This document shows positions 40,231 to 48,851 of a stretch of DNA of 64,000 nucleotides, piece after piece. Made by a program: the position numbers and the translations under genes. The notes under the pieces were generated by a model. That model was not told the origin of the DNA and ran no database searches. It saw only the letters and a list, made by a program, of their open reading frames with translations. Positions within the stretch are counted from its first letter, which is position 1; every line of letters begins with the position of its first letter. Origin of the DNA: Spirochaetia bacterium. GTDB taxonomy: Bacteria > Spirochaetota > Spirochaetia > SZUA-6 > Bin103. The stretch covers positions 256,001 through 320,000 of the forward strand of contig OZ241907.1 of NCBI GenBank assembly GCA_965203515.1. The letters are read 5' to 3'.

Positions 40231-40947
40231 TGCGCTTGCCTCCTCGTAGTCGCGAATCGACGGCAACTTGACGCCCCACTTCCGGCCCAGGGCGCCGAGC
40301 CACAGGTCGAAGCTCCTCGTCAGCTCCGGCTCGTCCTCGGCAGCGAGCCACTGTCCCAACTCCCGCACCCGCTCCGCCAGCGCCGCAGCGCGCCGGCTGC
40401 GCTCCACGTCCGCCACCCAGCTTATCAGATTCGGCCGCGGCAGATCATCCGCTTCCGCCGCCACCAGATCGACCACGTCATAGCTCAGATCAAGCTCGGC
40501 GCCGTCGTATTGCCACCTCGGCACCAACTCCGCCAGCGACCGCGGCGCGTCCCACGGGGCGTCGCCGTTGTAGAGCACGACGTGCAGCACCGGGTCGACG
40601 GTGTGGCCCTTGCGCCATCTGCGGTCGCGGTAGAGCCGCTGGTAGAGCAGGCTGGTGTAGTTGAGGAACCGCAACGGCATGGAGTAGTCGACCGAGGACT
40701 GATGCTCGATCAGCACGTGCATGGTCTGCACGAGGCCGTCGGCGCCGCGGCGGTCGATGGACCAGACGACGTCGCCGAGTCTCCGGCGCAGGTCGTCGTC
40801 GACGTGCTCGGTGGGGTCTTCGCGCAGGGAGTCGAAGTCGAGCGCGTCAGCCCAACCGGCCGGGCGCCGGGGAGCGATGAAGCCGAGCAGCAGGGCCTTG
40901 ATGATGCGCCGATGGTTGAGCAGGCGCTTGTAGGAAGCGTCGTTCAT
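39955..40947 (-). CDS. Rpn family recombination-promoting nuclease/putative transposase (PD-(D/E)XK)
   Basis: DASYKRL, R.GDVVW, LIEHQSSVD..MPLR, VLYNG...W, C-terminal (QEGR)n. Confidence 0.92.
   Translation of the reverse strand: MNDASYKRLLNHRRIIKALLLGFIAPRRPAGWADALDFDSLREDPTEHVDDDLRRRLGDVVWSIDRRGADGLVQTMHVLIEHQSSVDYSMPLRFLNYTSLLYQRLYRDRRWRKGHTVDPVLHVVLYNGDAPWDAPRSLAELVPRWQYDGAELDLSYDVVDLVAAEADDLPRPNLISWVADVERSRRAAALAERVRELGQWLAAEDEPELTRSFDLWLGALGRKWGVKLPSIRDYEEASAVLLEKIDRWEAEILERGVQEGRQEGRQEGRQEGRQEGRQEGRQEGRLETIEGFLQAGVGWPVIQSATGIDEQTYRSLKRDSANGTETAAPR
40093..40176 (-). repeat. 12-bp tandem repeat encoding (QEGR)x7, with a higher-order 36-bp period
   Basis: cggccttcctgg/cggccttcctgc/cgaccctcctga units recur in the same order. 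Confidence 0.9.
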
Positions 40948-43052
40948 GGGGTCTCCGCCGGCGGCGCGTCGCCGTAGAAGCGTGCGCCGGATTCCGCCAT
41001 CCGGCGCAGCCGCTCGGCCGGCGCGAAGCGCTCGCCGTGCCGCTCGCGCAGCGTTTCCAGCGCCGCGACGACCCGGGCCGGACCGTGGTCATCGGCGTGC
41101 GCCAGGATACCGCCGCGGTCGGGCGGGAATCCGGTGCCCAGGACCATCGTCATGTCGAGCGGCATCGGCTCGCTGACGATCCCTTCCTGCAGGCAGCGGC
41201 TCGCCTCGTTGACCATCAGCGCCAGGCAGCGGTGCAGGTCTTCACCGGTCGCCGCGCGCCGCGCGCCGGCCGGCCGCAACGATGCCGCCTGCGGATTGGG
41301 CCCGGCCACGCGGCCGGCGCCGTACCGGTAGAACCCGGCGCCGCTCTTGCGGCCCAGCATCCCGGCCGCGACCAATGCGCGCGCCGGCTCCGGACACCGG
41401 TAGCGGTCGCCGAACGAACGGAGCAGCGAATCGGCGATCTTCACGGTGACGTCGAGGCCGATCTCATCCATGAGCCGGTACGGACCCATCGGCAGGCCGA
41501 AACCGCCGGCCAGCCGGTCGAGCGCCTCCGGGTCCTCGATCTCGGCGGCCAGATGCAACGCTTCCAGCAGGTACGGGAACAGCACGCGGTTGGAGACGAA
41601 CCCCGGCCGGCCGCCGACCACGATCGGCGTCTTGCCCAGGCTGCGCGCCAGCTTTACGGCCGTGGCCAGCACCGCGTCGGCGGTGCCGGCCGTGCCGGCG
41701 ATCTCCACCAGCGGCATGCGGTGGACCGGATTGAAGAAGTGGAGCGCCACGAACCGCTCGGGCCGCAGGAGCACGGACGCCAGGTCGTCGATCGGCAGCG
41801 ACGACGTGTTGGTGGCGATGATGGCGTCGGGGTCGACGTGCGCCTCCAGCTCCCGCAGCGCCCGCTTCTTCAGGTCCGGCTCCTCGGTCACCGCCTCGAT
41901 CGCCAGATCGGCGGCGGCCAGCGGCGCGGCGTCCAGGGTCGCCTCGATGCGGGCGAGCCGTGCCTCCACGTCCGCGGCGGCCATGCGGCCGCGCCGCAGC
42001 GGGTAGTCGTACATGGATCGCGCCGCCTGCAGGCCGCGGTCGAGCCGGTCCTGATCGACGTCGCGCATGACGACCGGCAGGCCGGCGTCGCTGAGCGTCC
42101 AGGCGATGCCAGCGCCCATGGTGCCGGCGCCCAGCACCGCCGGCCGCCGGACCGGCCGAGGCGCCGCCGAGATACCCCACCGTTCCTTGCGCAGCCGGTC
42201 GCGGTGAAAGAACATCCGCATCAGGTTGCGCCCCGCCCGGCTGCGGACCCGGTCCACGAAGGCGGCCCGTTCCAGAGCCAGACCGGCCGCCATCGACGTC
42301 CCGGCGGAGGAGCGCACGACCTGCAGCGCGGCCAGCGGCGCTTCGTCGTGCAGCCGGCCGCCGGCGATGCGCTGCTCTGCCCGGTCGGTCTGCCGCGCGC
42401 TGACCGCCGGCGCCGGCGCGCCCGGATCGGGCCGGTCGGGCGCCGGCGCCGCGGCCAGCAACTCGTCCAGGGCGCGGTCCGCATCGGCGCTCGCCGCGCA
42501 CTTGGTGGCAAGGCCGAGCTCCGCGGCGCGCGGGCCGTCGACCGGCCGGCCGCCGCAGATCATCTCCAGGGCCGGCGCCACGCCGATCAACCGCGGCAGC
42601 CGTTGCGTCCCGCCCCAGCCGGGGATCAGCCCCAGGGTCACCTCCGGCAGGCCCAGCGCGCAACGGCGGTCGTCGGAGACCAGCCGGTAGGTGGTGGCAA
42701 GGGCGAACTCCAGCCCGCCACCCAGACAGGCGCCGTCGATCACGCTGACGGTCGGCGTCCGCAGCGCCTCCAGTCGGCTGAACAGACGCTGCCCGCGGGC
42801 GATGAAGGCGTCCGCCGCCTCCGGCCGGACGAGCGTGCGGAGCTCGTTGATGTCGGCGCCGGCGATGAAGCAGCCCGGCTTGGCGCTGCGGAACACCACC
42901 GTGCGAATCGCAAGGTCGGCCTCGATGTCGTCGAGCAGGCGTTCCAGCTCGTCGAACACCGGGGTGGAGAACGTGTTCACCCTGGAGCCCGGCTGGTCGA
43001 AGAGCACCTCCAGCCGCCCGCCGGGGCGCCGTTGCGCGGTGATGGTCGCCAT
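40944..43052 (-). CDS. fadB: Fatty acid oxidation multifunctional enzyme (enoyl-CoA hydratase / 3-hydroxyacyl-CoA dehydrogenase)
   Basis: FIAGADI, CLGGGLE, GLPEV.LG..PGWGGTQRLPR, VLGAGTMG, TNTSSL, HFFNPVHRMPLVE. Confidence 0.92.
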   Translation of the reverse strand: MATITAQRRPGGRLEVLFDQPGSRVNTFSTPVFDELERLLDDIEADLAIRTVVFRSAKPGCFIAGADINELRTLVRPEAADAFIARGQRLFSRLEALRTPTVSVIDGACLGGGLEFALATTYRLVSDDRRCALGLPEVTLGLIPGWGGTQRLPRLIGVAPALEMICGGRPVDGPRAAELGLATKCAASADADRALDELLAAAPAPDRPDPGAPAPAVSARQTDRAEQRIAGGRLHDEAPLAALQVVRSSAGTSMAAGLALERAAFVDRVRSRAGRNLMRMFFHRDRLRKERWGISAAPRPVRRPAVLGAGTMGAGIAWTLSDAGLPVVMRDVDQDRLDRGLQAARSMYDYPLRRGRMAAADVEARLARIEATLDAAPLAAADLAIEAVTEEPDLKKRALRELEAHVDPDAIIATNTSSLPIDDLASVLLRPERFVALHFFNPVHRMPLVEIAGTAGTADAVLATAVKLARSLGKTPIVVGGRPGFVSNRVLFPYLLEALHLAAEIEDPEALDRLAGGFGLPMGPYRLMDEIGLDVTVKIADSLLRSFGDRYRCPEPARALVAAGMLGRKSGAGFYRYGAGRVAGPNPQAASLRPAGARRAATGEDLHRCLALMVNEASRCLQEGIVSEPMPLDMTMVLGTGFPPDRGGILAHADDHGPARVVAALETLRERHGERFAPAERLRRMAESGARFYGDAPPAETP

Positions 43053-43089
43053 GGCCGGAAGACAATATAGCAGGATGCGGGCCGGCTCC

Positions 43090-43118
43090 TTGACAGCCGG
43101 CGGCGGCGGCGCCAGTGT
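43090..43118 (+). promoter_or_regulatory. Sigma70-type promoter, probably leaderless
   Basis: TTGACA-17 nt-CAGTGT, 8 nt before GTG 43127. Confidence 0.5.
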
Positions 43119-43126
43119 CGCCGTCC

Positions 43127-44098
43127 GTGGCGCGGATGACGTTTGCGCAATCGATCAACGCCGGCCTCCGGGAGGAGCTGCGGCGGGACGCGGACGTGGT
43201 GGTGATGGGCGAAGACGTCGGCCACTACGGCGGCGTGTTCGGCGTGACCCGCGGGCTGCAGGAGGAGTTCGGCGCCGAGCGCGTGCGCGACGCGCCGTTG
43301 TGCGAGGCGGCGATCGTCGGCTTCTGCGTCGGACTGGCGGTCGCCGGCAAGCCGGCGGTCGCGGAGCTGGAGTTCATGGACTTCGTCACCTTCGCCATGG
43401 ACCCGATCGTCAATCAGGCGGCCAAGCTGCGCTATTTCTGGGGCGGACAGGTGACGGTGCCGCTGGTGGTGCGCGCCCCCGTGGCCGCCAACCTGGGCTT
43501 CGGCAGCCAGCACTCGCAGAGCCTGGAGGCGTGGTTCATGCACGTGCCCGGCCTGCGCATCGCCATGCCTTCCAACGGCTATGACGCCAAGGGCCTGATC
43601 AAGACCGCGATCCGCGACCCCAACCCGGTCCTGTTCATAGAGAACATCAGCCTCTACCCCAACCGCGTCGAGATACCGGACCAGGAGTACCTGATCCCCT
43701 TCGGACAGGCGCGCGTGGTCCGCGCCGGCAGCGACGTCACGGTGGTGGCGCTCGCGTCGATGGTGCCCTGCGCGGTGGAGGCGGCCGACGCCCTGGCGGC
43801 CGACGGCGTCAGCGTGGAGGTGATCGACCCGCGCACGCTGGCGCCGCTCGACGTGGCCACGATCGTGGAGTCGGTCAAGAAGACCGGCCGCGTGGTGATC
43901 GCGCACGTGGCGCACAAGACCGCCGGCCCCGGCGCGGAGATCGCGCAGCGGATCACGGAGCTGGCGTTCGATCATCTGGAAGCTCCGGCGCGCCGGGTCG
44001 CGGCGCTGGACAACCCGGTGCCGGCCAGCCTGCCGCTGGAGAAGCATCTGTTTCCGGGAACCGACCAGGTGGTGGAGGCATGCCGTGCCCTCGGCTGA
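43127..44098 (+). CDS. 2-oxoacid/acetoin dehydrogenase E1 beta subunit
   Basis: MGEDVG.YGGVFGVT.GL, DAPLCE, NQAAK, QHSQSLE, EVIDPRTLAPLD. Confidence 0.93.
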   Translation: MARMTFAQSINAGLREELRRDADVVVMGEDVGHYGGVFGVTRGLQEEFGAERVRDAPLCEAAIVGFCVGLAVAGKPAVAELEFMDFVTFAMDPIVNQAAKLRYFWGGQVTVPLVVRAPVAANLGFGSQHSQSLEAWFMHVPGLRIAMPSNGYDAKGLIKTAIRDPNPVLFIENISLYPNRVEIPDQEYLIPFGQARVVRAGSDVTVVALASMVPCAVEAADALAADGVSVEVIDPRTLAPLDVATIVESVKKTGRVVIAHVAHKTAGPGAEIAQRITELAFDHLEAPARRVAALDNPVPASLPLEKHLFPGTDQVVEACRALG

Positions 44099-45050
44099 GC
44101 CGCGGCAGGAGCAGCCGCGCGCGGAGGTGCTGCGGCGGATGTGGCTGATCCGGCACTTCGAGGAGGCGGCGGTCCGCCTGTACGGCGAAGGCCGCTACCG
44201 GGGCTCGACCCATCCGTACATCGCCCAGGAAGCGACCGCGCTGGCGGTGTGCGCGGCGTTGCGCCCGACCGATACGGTGCTGGCCACCTACCGCGGCCAC
44301 GGCGCCGCGATCGCCGCCGGCTGCGACGTGACCGCCATGATGGCGGAGCTGTTGGGCAAGGAGAGCGGCCTGTGCAAAGGCAAGGGCGGCTCCATGCACT
44401 TCAGCCACGTCGGTGACCGCCTGTTCGGCTGCAACGCCATCGTCTCCGGACAGATCCCGATGGCCGGCGGCATCGCCCTGGCTACCCGCATCGACGGCGG
44501 CGACGCGGTCACGGTCGCGTTCTTCGGGGACGGGGCCTCCTGCGAGGGGGTGTTCTACGAGACCCTGAACATGGCCGCGCTCTGGAAGCTGCCGCTGGTC
44601 CTGGTCTGCGAGAACAACGAGTACGCGATCTCCACCCACTACACGCAGGCGGTGAGCGTGGCGCGCATCTCCGACCGGGCCAAGGGATTCGGGCTGCCGG
44701 GGGTCCACGTGGACGGCTGCGACTACGACGCCGTGCGCGCCGCGGCGGAGCAGGCGGTCGAGCGCGCGCGGGCCGGCGACGGGCCCACGCTGATCGAAGC
44801 CAAGACGGTCCGCTGGACCCGGCACAGCGCCGTGGCCGCGGGCGGTTCGAGCGAGGGCGCCGAGCAGTGGCGGGAGACCGATCCGATCCCGCGCTTCACG
44901 GCACTGGCGATCGCCGAGGGGGCGTTGGATGAAGCGGCGGCCGAGCGCATCCGCGGCGCGGCGCAGGCGGAGGTCGAGCGCGCCGTGGCGGCGGCGATCG
45001 CGGCCCCCTATCCGCCGCTTTCGGCGTTGACCGCCGACGTGTTTGCCTGA
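44085..45050 (+). CDS. 2-oxoacid/acetoin dehydrogenase E1 alpha subunit (TPP-binding)
   Basis: TYRGHG, GKGGSMH, FFGDGA..ENNEY TPP motif, GPTLIEAKT.R..H. Confidence 0.93.
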   Translation: MPSAEPRQEQPRAEVLRRMWLIRHFEEAAVRLYGEGRYRGSTHPYIAQEATALAVCAALRPTDTVLATYRGHGAAIAAGCDVTAMMAELLGKESGLCKGKGGSMHFSHVGDRLFGCNAIVSGQIPMAGGIALATRIDGGDAVTVAFFGDGASCEGVFYETLNMAALWKLPLVLVCENNEYAISTHYTQAVSVARISDRAKGFGLPGVHVDGCDYDAVRAAAEQAVERARAGDGPTLIEAKTVRWTRHSAVAAGGSSEGAEQWRETDPIPRFTALAIAEGALDEAAAERIRGAAQAEVERAVAAAIAAPYPPLSALTADVFA

Positions 45051-45059
45051 GAAACGCGC

Positions 45060-45572
45060 ATGGTAGAGGCAGTCATCCCCAAGCTGGACGAAACGACCGA
45101 GGTCGCCACCGTCGAGCGCTGGCTGGTGCGGGAGGGCGAGCGGGTCGAGCAGGGGCAGGCGATCTGCGAGGTGGAGACCGACAAGGCGCTGGTCCAGGTG
45201 GAGGCTCCGGCCGCAGGCACCCTGCGGCGTCAGCTGATAGCGGCCGGGACCGAGGTGCCGCCGCTGACCGTCGTGGCGCTGGTGGGCGATCCGGGCGAGC
45301 CGGTCCCGGCGGTCGACCCGTTCGGCCGCGCGCGCGGCGGCGCGCAGTCCGCGGCGCCGAACGCGGGCGCGGAGGCCGCCGCATCGACGACCCCGGCGCC
45401 GCCAACCCCGGCGCCGCCAACCCAGGCGCCGACGGCCTCGGCCGGATCGGCCGCCTCGCCGCGGGCCAGGCGGCTTGCCGCGGAACTGGGCGTCGACCTG
45501 GGGACCGTCACCGGCACCGGGCCGGGCGGCAAGATCACCGATCGCGACGTGCAGCGGGCGGCCGGCTCGTGA
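45060..45572 (+). CDS. Lipoyl domain + E3/E1-binding domain protein lacking an acyltransferase core
   Basis: VETDKA lipoyl site, Pro/Ala linker, ASPRARRLAAELGVDL..GTGPGGKIT..DV, then a stop overlapping the next start (GTGA). Confidence 0.9.
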   Translation: MVEAVIPKLDETTEVATVERWLVREGERVEQGQAICEVETDKALVQVEAPAAGTLRRQLIAAGTEVPPLTVVALVGDPGEPVPAVDPFGRARGGAQSAAPNAGAEAAASTTPAPPTPAPPTQAPTASAGSAASPRARRLAAELGVDLGTVTGTGPGGKITDRDVQRAAGS

Positions 45573-45925
45573 GCGGGACGAACGCGCCGGTCTTCTTCGA
45601 CGCGGCCGCGATCGAATGGCAGGCGCACCCGCTGTTCCCGCAGATCGACATCAAGGACCTGCAGCCCGGCGCCGCCCATCCGGCCGGCGCGTTCAGCCTG
45701 ATGCGCGTCAAGGTGGCGGCCGGCGGCCGCATCGACCCGCACGTCCATCCCGTGGAGACCGAGACCGCCTGCGTGCTGCGCGGCTCGGCGCGGCTGCTCT
45801 GCGCGGGCGTTGCGACCGAACTGCGCGCGGGCGGCGGCGTCTCCATCCCGCCCGGTCTGGAACACTCGCTGGAAGCCGACTCGGAAGTGGAGCTGCTCGC
45901 CATCCATACCCCGCCGCTGCGCTGA
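45569..45925 (+). CDS. Cupin domain protein
   Basis: PHVHPVETE..G, IPPGLEHSL. Confidence 0.85.
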   Translation: MSGTNAPVFFDAAAIEWQAHPLFPQIDIKDLQPGAAHPAGAFSLMRVKVAAGGRIDPHVHPVETETACVLRGSARLLCAGVATELRAGGGVSIPPGLEHSLEADSEVELLAIHTPPLR

Positions 45926-45940
45926 GCGCGCGCCGTCCGG

Positions 45941-46000
45941 CGGCACGGTCGCCGGGGCGGCACGGTCGCCGGTCCGCGGCACGGTCGCCGGTCCGCGGCA
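45941..46000. repeat. Short intergenic direct repeat (CGGCACGGTCGCCGG x3)
   Basis: Three copies with 2-4 nt spacers, followed by a partial fourth copy. Confidence 0.7.
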
Positions 46001-46020
46001 TTGATCGCCGATCGGGTGGG

Positions 46021-46893
46021 ATGCGCGCCGGCGCGACGTGGGGTACACTCACCGGCATCGAACTCAAGCTGGCCGGAGCTGACTTCACGTTCCCCCTGTT
46101 GTCGCATGACGATTCGCTCACGCTGATCGCCATGCTGGGGCTGACCGGGGTCGACGTCGGTCTGTTCGAGGGCCGTTCCCATCTCTACCCCAGCCGCGTG
46201 CTGGCCGATGCCCGGGCGTCGTCGGCCGACTTGTCGGCCCGCGTGACCGACAAGGGACTGGCCATCGCCGACATCTTCCTGCAGACCGCCGGCTTCGACG
46301 TCATGACGGTCAACCACCCCGACGCGGCCGAACGGCGCGGCTCGCGCGAGCTGTTCGAGCGCACGCTGGAGTTCACGCAGCTCTGCGGCAGCGGCCACAT
46401 GACGATCCTGCCGGGCATCGAGTTCGATGGCGAAGCGGGCGAAACGTCGCTGGCGCGCGCCGCCGAGGAGCTGGCGTGGCGGCTCGAACGGGCGGCCGGC
46501 ACCGGGGTAACCGTCAGCGTCGAGGCGCACGTCGGCTCGATCGTCCCCGATCCCGGCGCAGCGCTCCGGCTGGTCGAGATGACGCCGGGGCTGACCCTCA
46601 CCCTCGACTACACCCACTTCACCCGCGACGGACTCCCCGACCGCGAGGCGGAGCGGCTGGTCCCGCACGCGTCCCACTTCCACGCCCGCGGCGCCGCGCG
46701 CGGCCGGCTGCAGGTCAAGTTCACGGAAAACGTCATCGACTACGCGCGCGTGCTGCGCGCGCTGGACGCCGCCGACTACCGGGGCTGGGTCGGCGTCGAA
46801 TACGTCTGGCAGGAATGGGAGCGCAACAATGAGGTCGACAACGTTTCGGAGACGATCCTGATGCGCGACTTCCTGCTGGCCAACGCTCCCTGA
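46021..46893 (+). CDS. Sugar phosphate isomerase/epimerase (xylose-isomerase-like TIM barrel); true start may be 46057
   Basis: KLAGADFTFPLL, SVEAH, TLDYTHF, HFHAR, YRGWVGVEY. Confidence 0.85.
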   Translation: MRAGATWGTLTGIELKLAGADFTFPLLSHDDSLTLIAMLGLTGVDVGLFEGRSHLYPSRVLADARASSADLSARVTDKGLAIADIFLQTAGFDVMTVNHPDAAERRGSRELFERTLEFTQLCGSGHMTILPGIEFDGEAGETSLARAAEELAWRLERAAGTGVTVSVEAHVGSIVPDPGAALRLVEMTPGLTLTLDYTHFTRDGLPDREAERLVPHASHFHARGAARGRLQVKFTENVIDYARVLRALDAADYRGWVGVEYVWQEWERNNEVDNVSETILMRDFLLANAP

Positions 46894-46901
46894 AGCAAGC
46901 C

Positions 46902-47651
46902 ATGCGCGTCGACGGTCGGGTCGCGATCGTAACCGGCGCGGCGCGGGGCATCGGCGCCGCGATCGCCGAGACGCTGGCCGGCGCCGGGGCCGCGGTGGTG
47001 GTCAGCGATCTCGACGTCGAGCTTGGCGAGGCGCAGGCGTCCCGCATACGCGACGCCGGCAGCCGCGCGGACGCGATCGCCGCCGACGTGAGCAGGCCGG
47101 CCGAGTGCGACCGTCTGGCCGCCGAGACCGAACGGCGCCACGGCGCGATCCACATCCTGGTCAACTGCGCCGCCGTCTGCCCGCGCATCGACATACCCGA
47201 CATGACCGAGTCCGACTACGACCGCATCATGGACACCAACCTCAAGTCGGTCTACTTCCTGAGCCGGGCCGCCGGCCGGGCGATGCGGCGCGCCGGCTGG
47301 GGCCGCATCGTCAACATGACATCGGTGGGCGCGCGCACCGGCGGCATGCACCGCGTTACCGTCTACGCGGCCAGCAAGGCGGCCATCATCTCCATGACCA
47401 AGGGGTTCGCCCGCCACCACGCCGCCGACGGCATCCTGGTCAACGCGGTCGCGCCCGGGGCCGTGGACACCCGGCTGATCCGCATGCTGCCGCCGGAAGA
47501 CCGGCAGGCCACCATCGACGCGATCCCCTTGAAGCGGCTCGCCGAGGCCCGGGAGATAGCGCGCGCGGTACTGTTTCTGGCCTCGGAGGAGAATACCTAC
47601 ATTACCGGAGCCACCACCGACGTCAACGGCGGCTCCTTCATGCCGGACTGA
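46902..47651 (+). CDS. SDR family oxidoreductase
   Basis: TGAARGIG, LVNCA, YAASK, VNAVAPG, YITG..VNGG. Confidence 0.95.
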   Translation: MRVDGRVAIVTGAARGIGAAIAETLAGAGAAVVVSDLDVELGEAQASRIRDAGSRADAIAADVSRPAECDRLAAETERRHGAIHILVNCAAVCPRIDIPDMTESDYDRIMDTNLKSVYFLSRAAGRAMRRAGWGRIVNMTSVGARTGGMHRVTVYAASKAAIISMTKGFARHHAADGILVNAVAPGAVDTRLIRMLPPEDRQATIDAIPLKRLAEAREIARAVLFLASEENTYITGATTDVNGGSFMPD

Positions 47652-47702
47652 CCGGCGCCGAATCCGGGTGGCGCGGACGTGCGGCGCGGGATAGAAGGTG
47701 GG

Positions 47703-48839
47703 ATGAAGATGAAGATCGTCGACGTGCGCGCCTATCCGCAACGCTACCGGGAGCCGAACGATCGCATGATGTGGCGCCACGTCACGCTGGCGCGCGTCAC
47801 CACCGACAGCGGTCACGTCGGCTGGGGCGAGTGCATCTCGCAGTGGCCGGAGGCCGCGCTGGCGGTCAAGGTGCTGATCGAGCAGGGACTGGGCCGCGTG
47901 CTGTTGGGCGCCAACCCGCTCGACAACGGCGCGCTGTTCGCGGCCATGAAGGCGCACGACTGGTGGTATGGCGATACCGGCATGGCCAACTTCGCGGTCA
48001 GCGCTCTCGACGTCGCCCTCTGGGACCTCAAGGGCAAGATCCTGGGGCAGCCGGTGCATCGCCTGCTCGGCGGCAAGATGCACGACCGCCTGCGCGCCTG
48101 CGCCAGCACCCACCCCTCGAAGGCCGACCTGCAGGACCTGGCGGACGAGCTGGCCGCGCACGCCGACGACGGCTACACGGCGGTGAAGGTCGGCTTCGGC
48201 AAGGCCGGAGAGGCCGCGCTCGGCGTCGACCCCACGCGCGACGTCGCCTACGTGCGCACCGTCCGGCGGACGATCGGGGAGGACGTCGACTTCATCGTCG
48301 ACGTCGGCCACAAGACCCGCTGGGACTACGCCGGCGGCGTGCGCATGGCGCGCGCGTTCGAGGAATATCGTCTGCGCTGGCTGGAGGACCCGTTCCAGCC
48401 CACCGACGTCGCCGCCTACCGCCACCTGCGGGAGGCGATTCAGACCCAGATCGGGGCCGGCGAGCGCTCCTGGCAGGCGTCCGACTACCGGCGGCTGATC
48501 GATCTGGGCGTCGCCGACGTCTATCTGGTCGATCCGGGGCGCGCCGACGGCATTACCGGATACAAGCAGGTGATCGACCTCACCGCGCAGGCGCACCTGT
48601 TCTTCAACGCCCATTCGTGGAGCAGCGCCATCAATACCGCTGCGGCGATCCATGCGACCGCGACCGGGGCCAACTACATCGTATTCGAGCTCAAGCCGGT
48701 GCCGAGCCCGATGCAGCACGAGCTGGTGCGGGAGCCGTTCGAGCAGCGCGACGGTTGGGTGACCGTGCCGGACGTCCCCGGTCTGGGCGTGGAAATCGAC
48801 GAGGCGGTGGTGGAACGGTATGGGTTCACGTCGGTCTAG
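47703..48839 (+). CDS. Mandelate racemase/muconate lactonizing (enolase superfamily) enzyme, probably an acid-sugar dehydratase
   Basis: GWGE, SALDVALWDLKGK..G.PV..LLGG, KVG, VD..LEDP..GE metal ligands, HSW, PGLGVEID. Confidence 0.92.
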   Translation: MKMKIVDVRAYPQRYREPNDRMMWRHVTLARVTTDSGHVGWGECISQWPEAALAVKVLIEQGLGRVLLGANPLDNGALFAAMKAHDWWYGDTGMANFAVSALDVALWDLKGKILGQPVHRLLGGKMHDRLRACASTHPSKADLQDLADELAAHADDGYTAVKVGFGKAGEAALGVDPTRDVAYVRTVRRTIGEDVDFIVDVGHKTRWDYAGGVRMARAFEEYRLRWLEDPFQPTDVAAYRHLREAIQTQIGAGERSWQASDYRRLIDLGVADVYLVDPGRADGITGYKQVIDLTAQAHLFFNAHSWSSAINTAAAIHATATGANYIVFELKPVPSPMQHELVREPFEQRDGWVTVPDVPGLGVEIDEAVVERYGFTSV

Positions 48840-48851
48840 GCGCCGGCCCGC

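Noticed and set aside
45941..46000. Three 15-bp direct repeats as a mini-CRISPR or iterons
   Set aside because: Spacers are only 2-4 nt and the sequence is GC-rich; consistent with slippage
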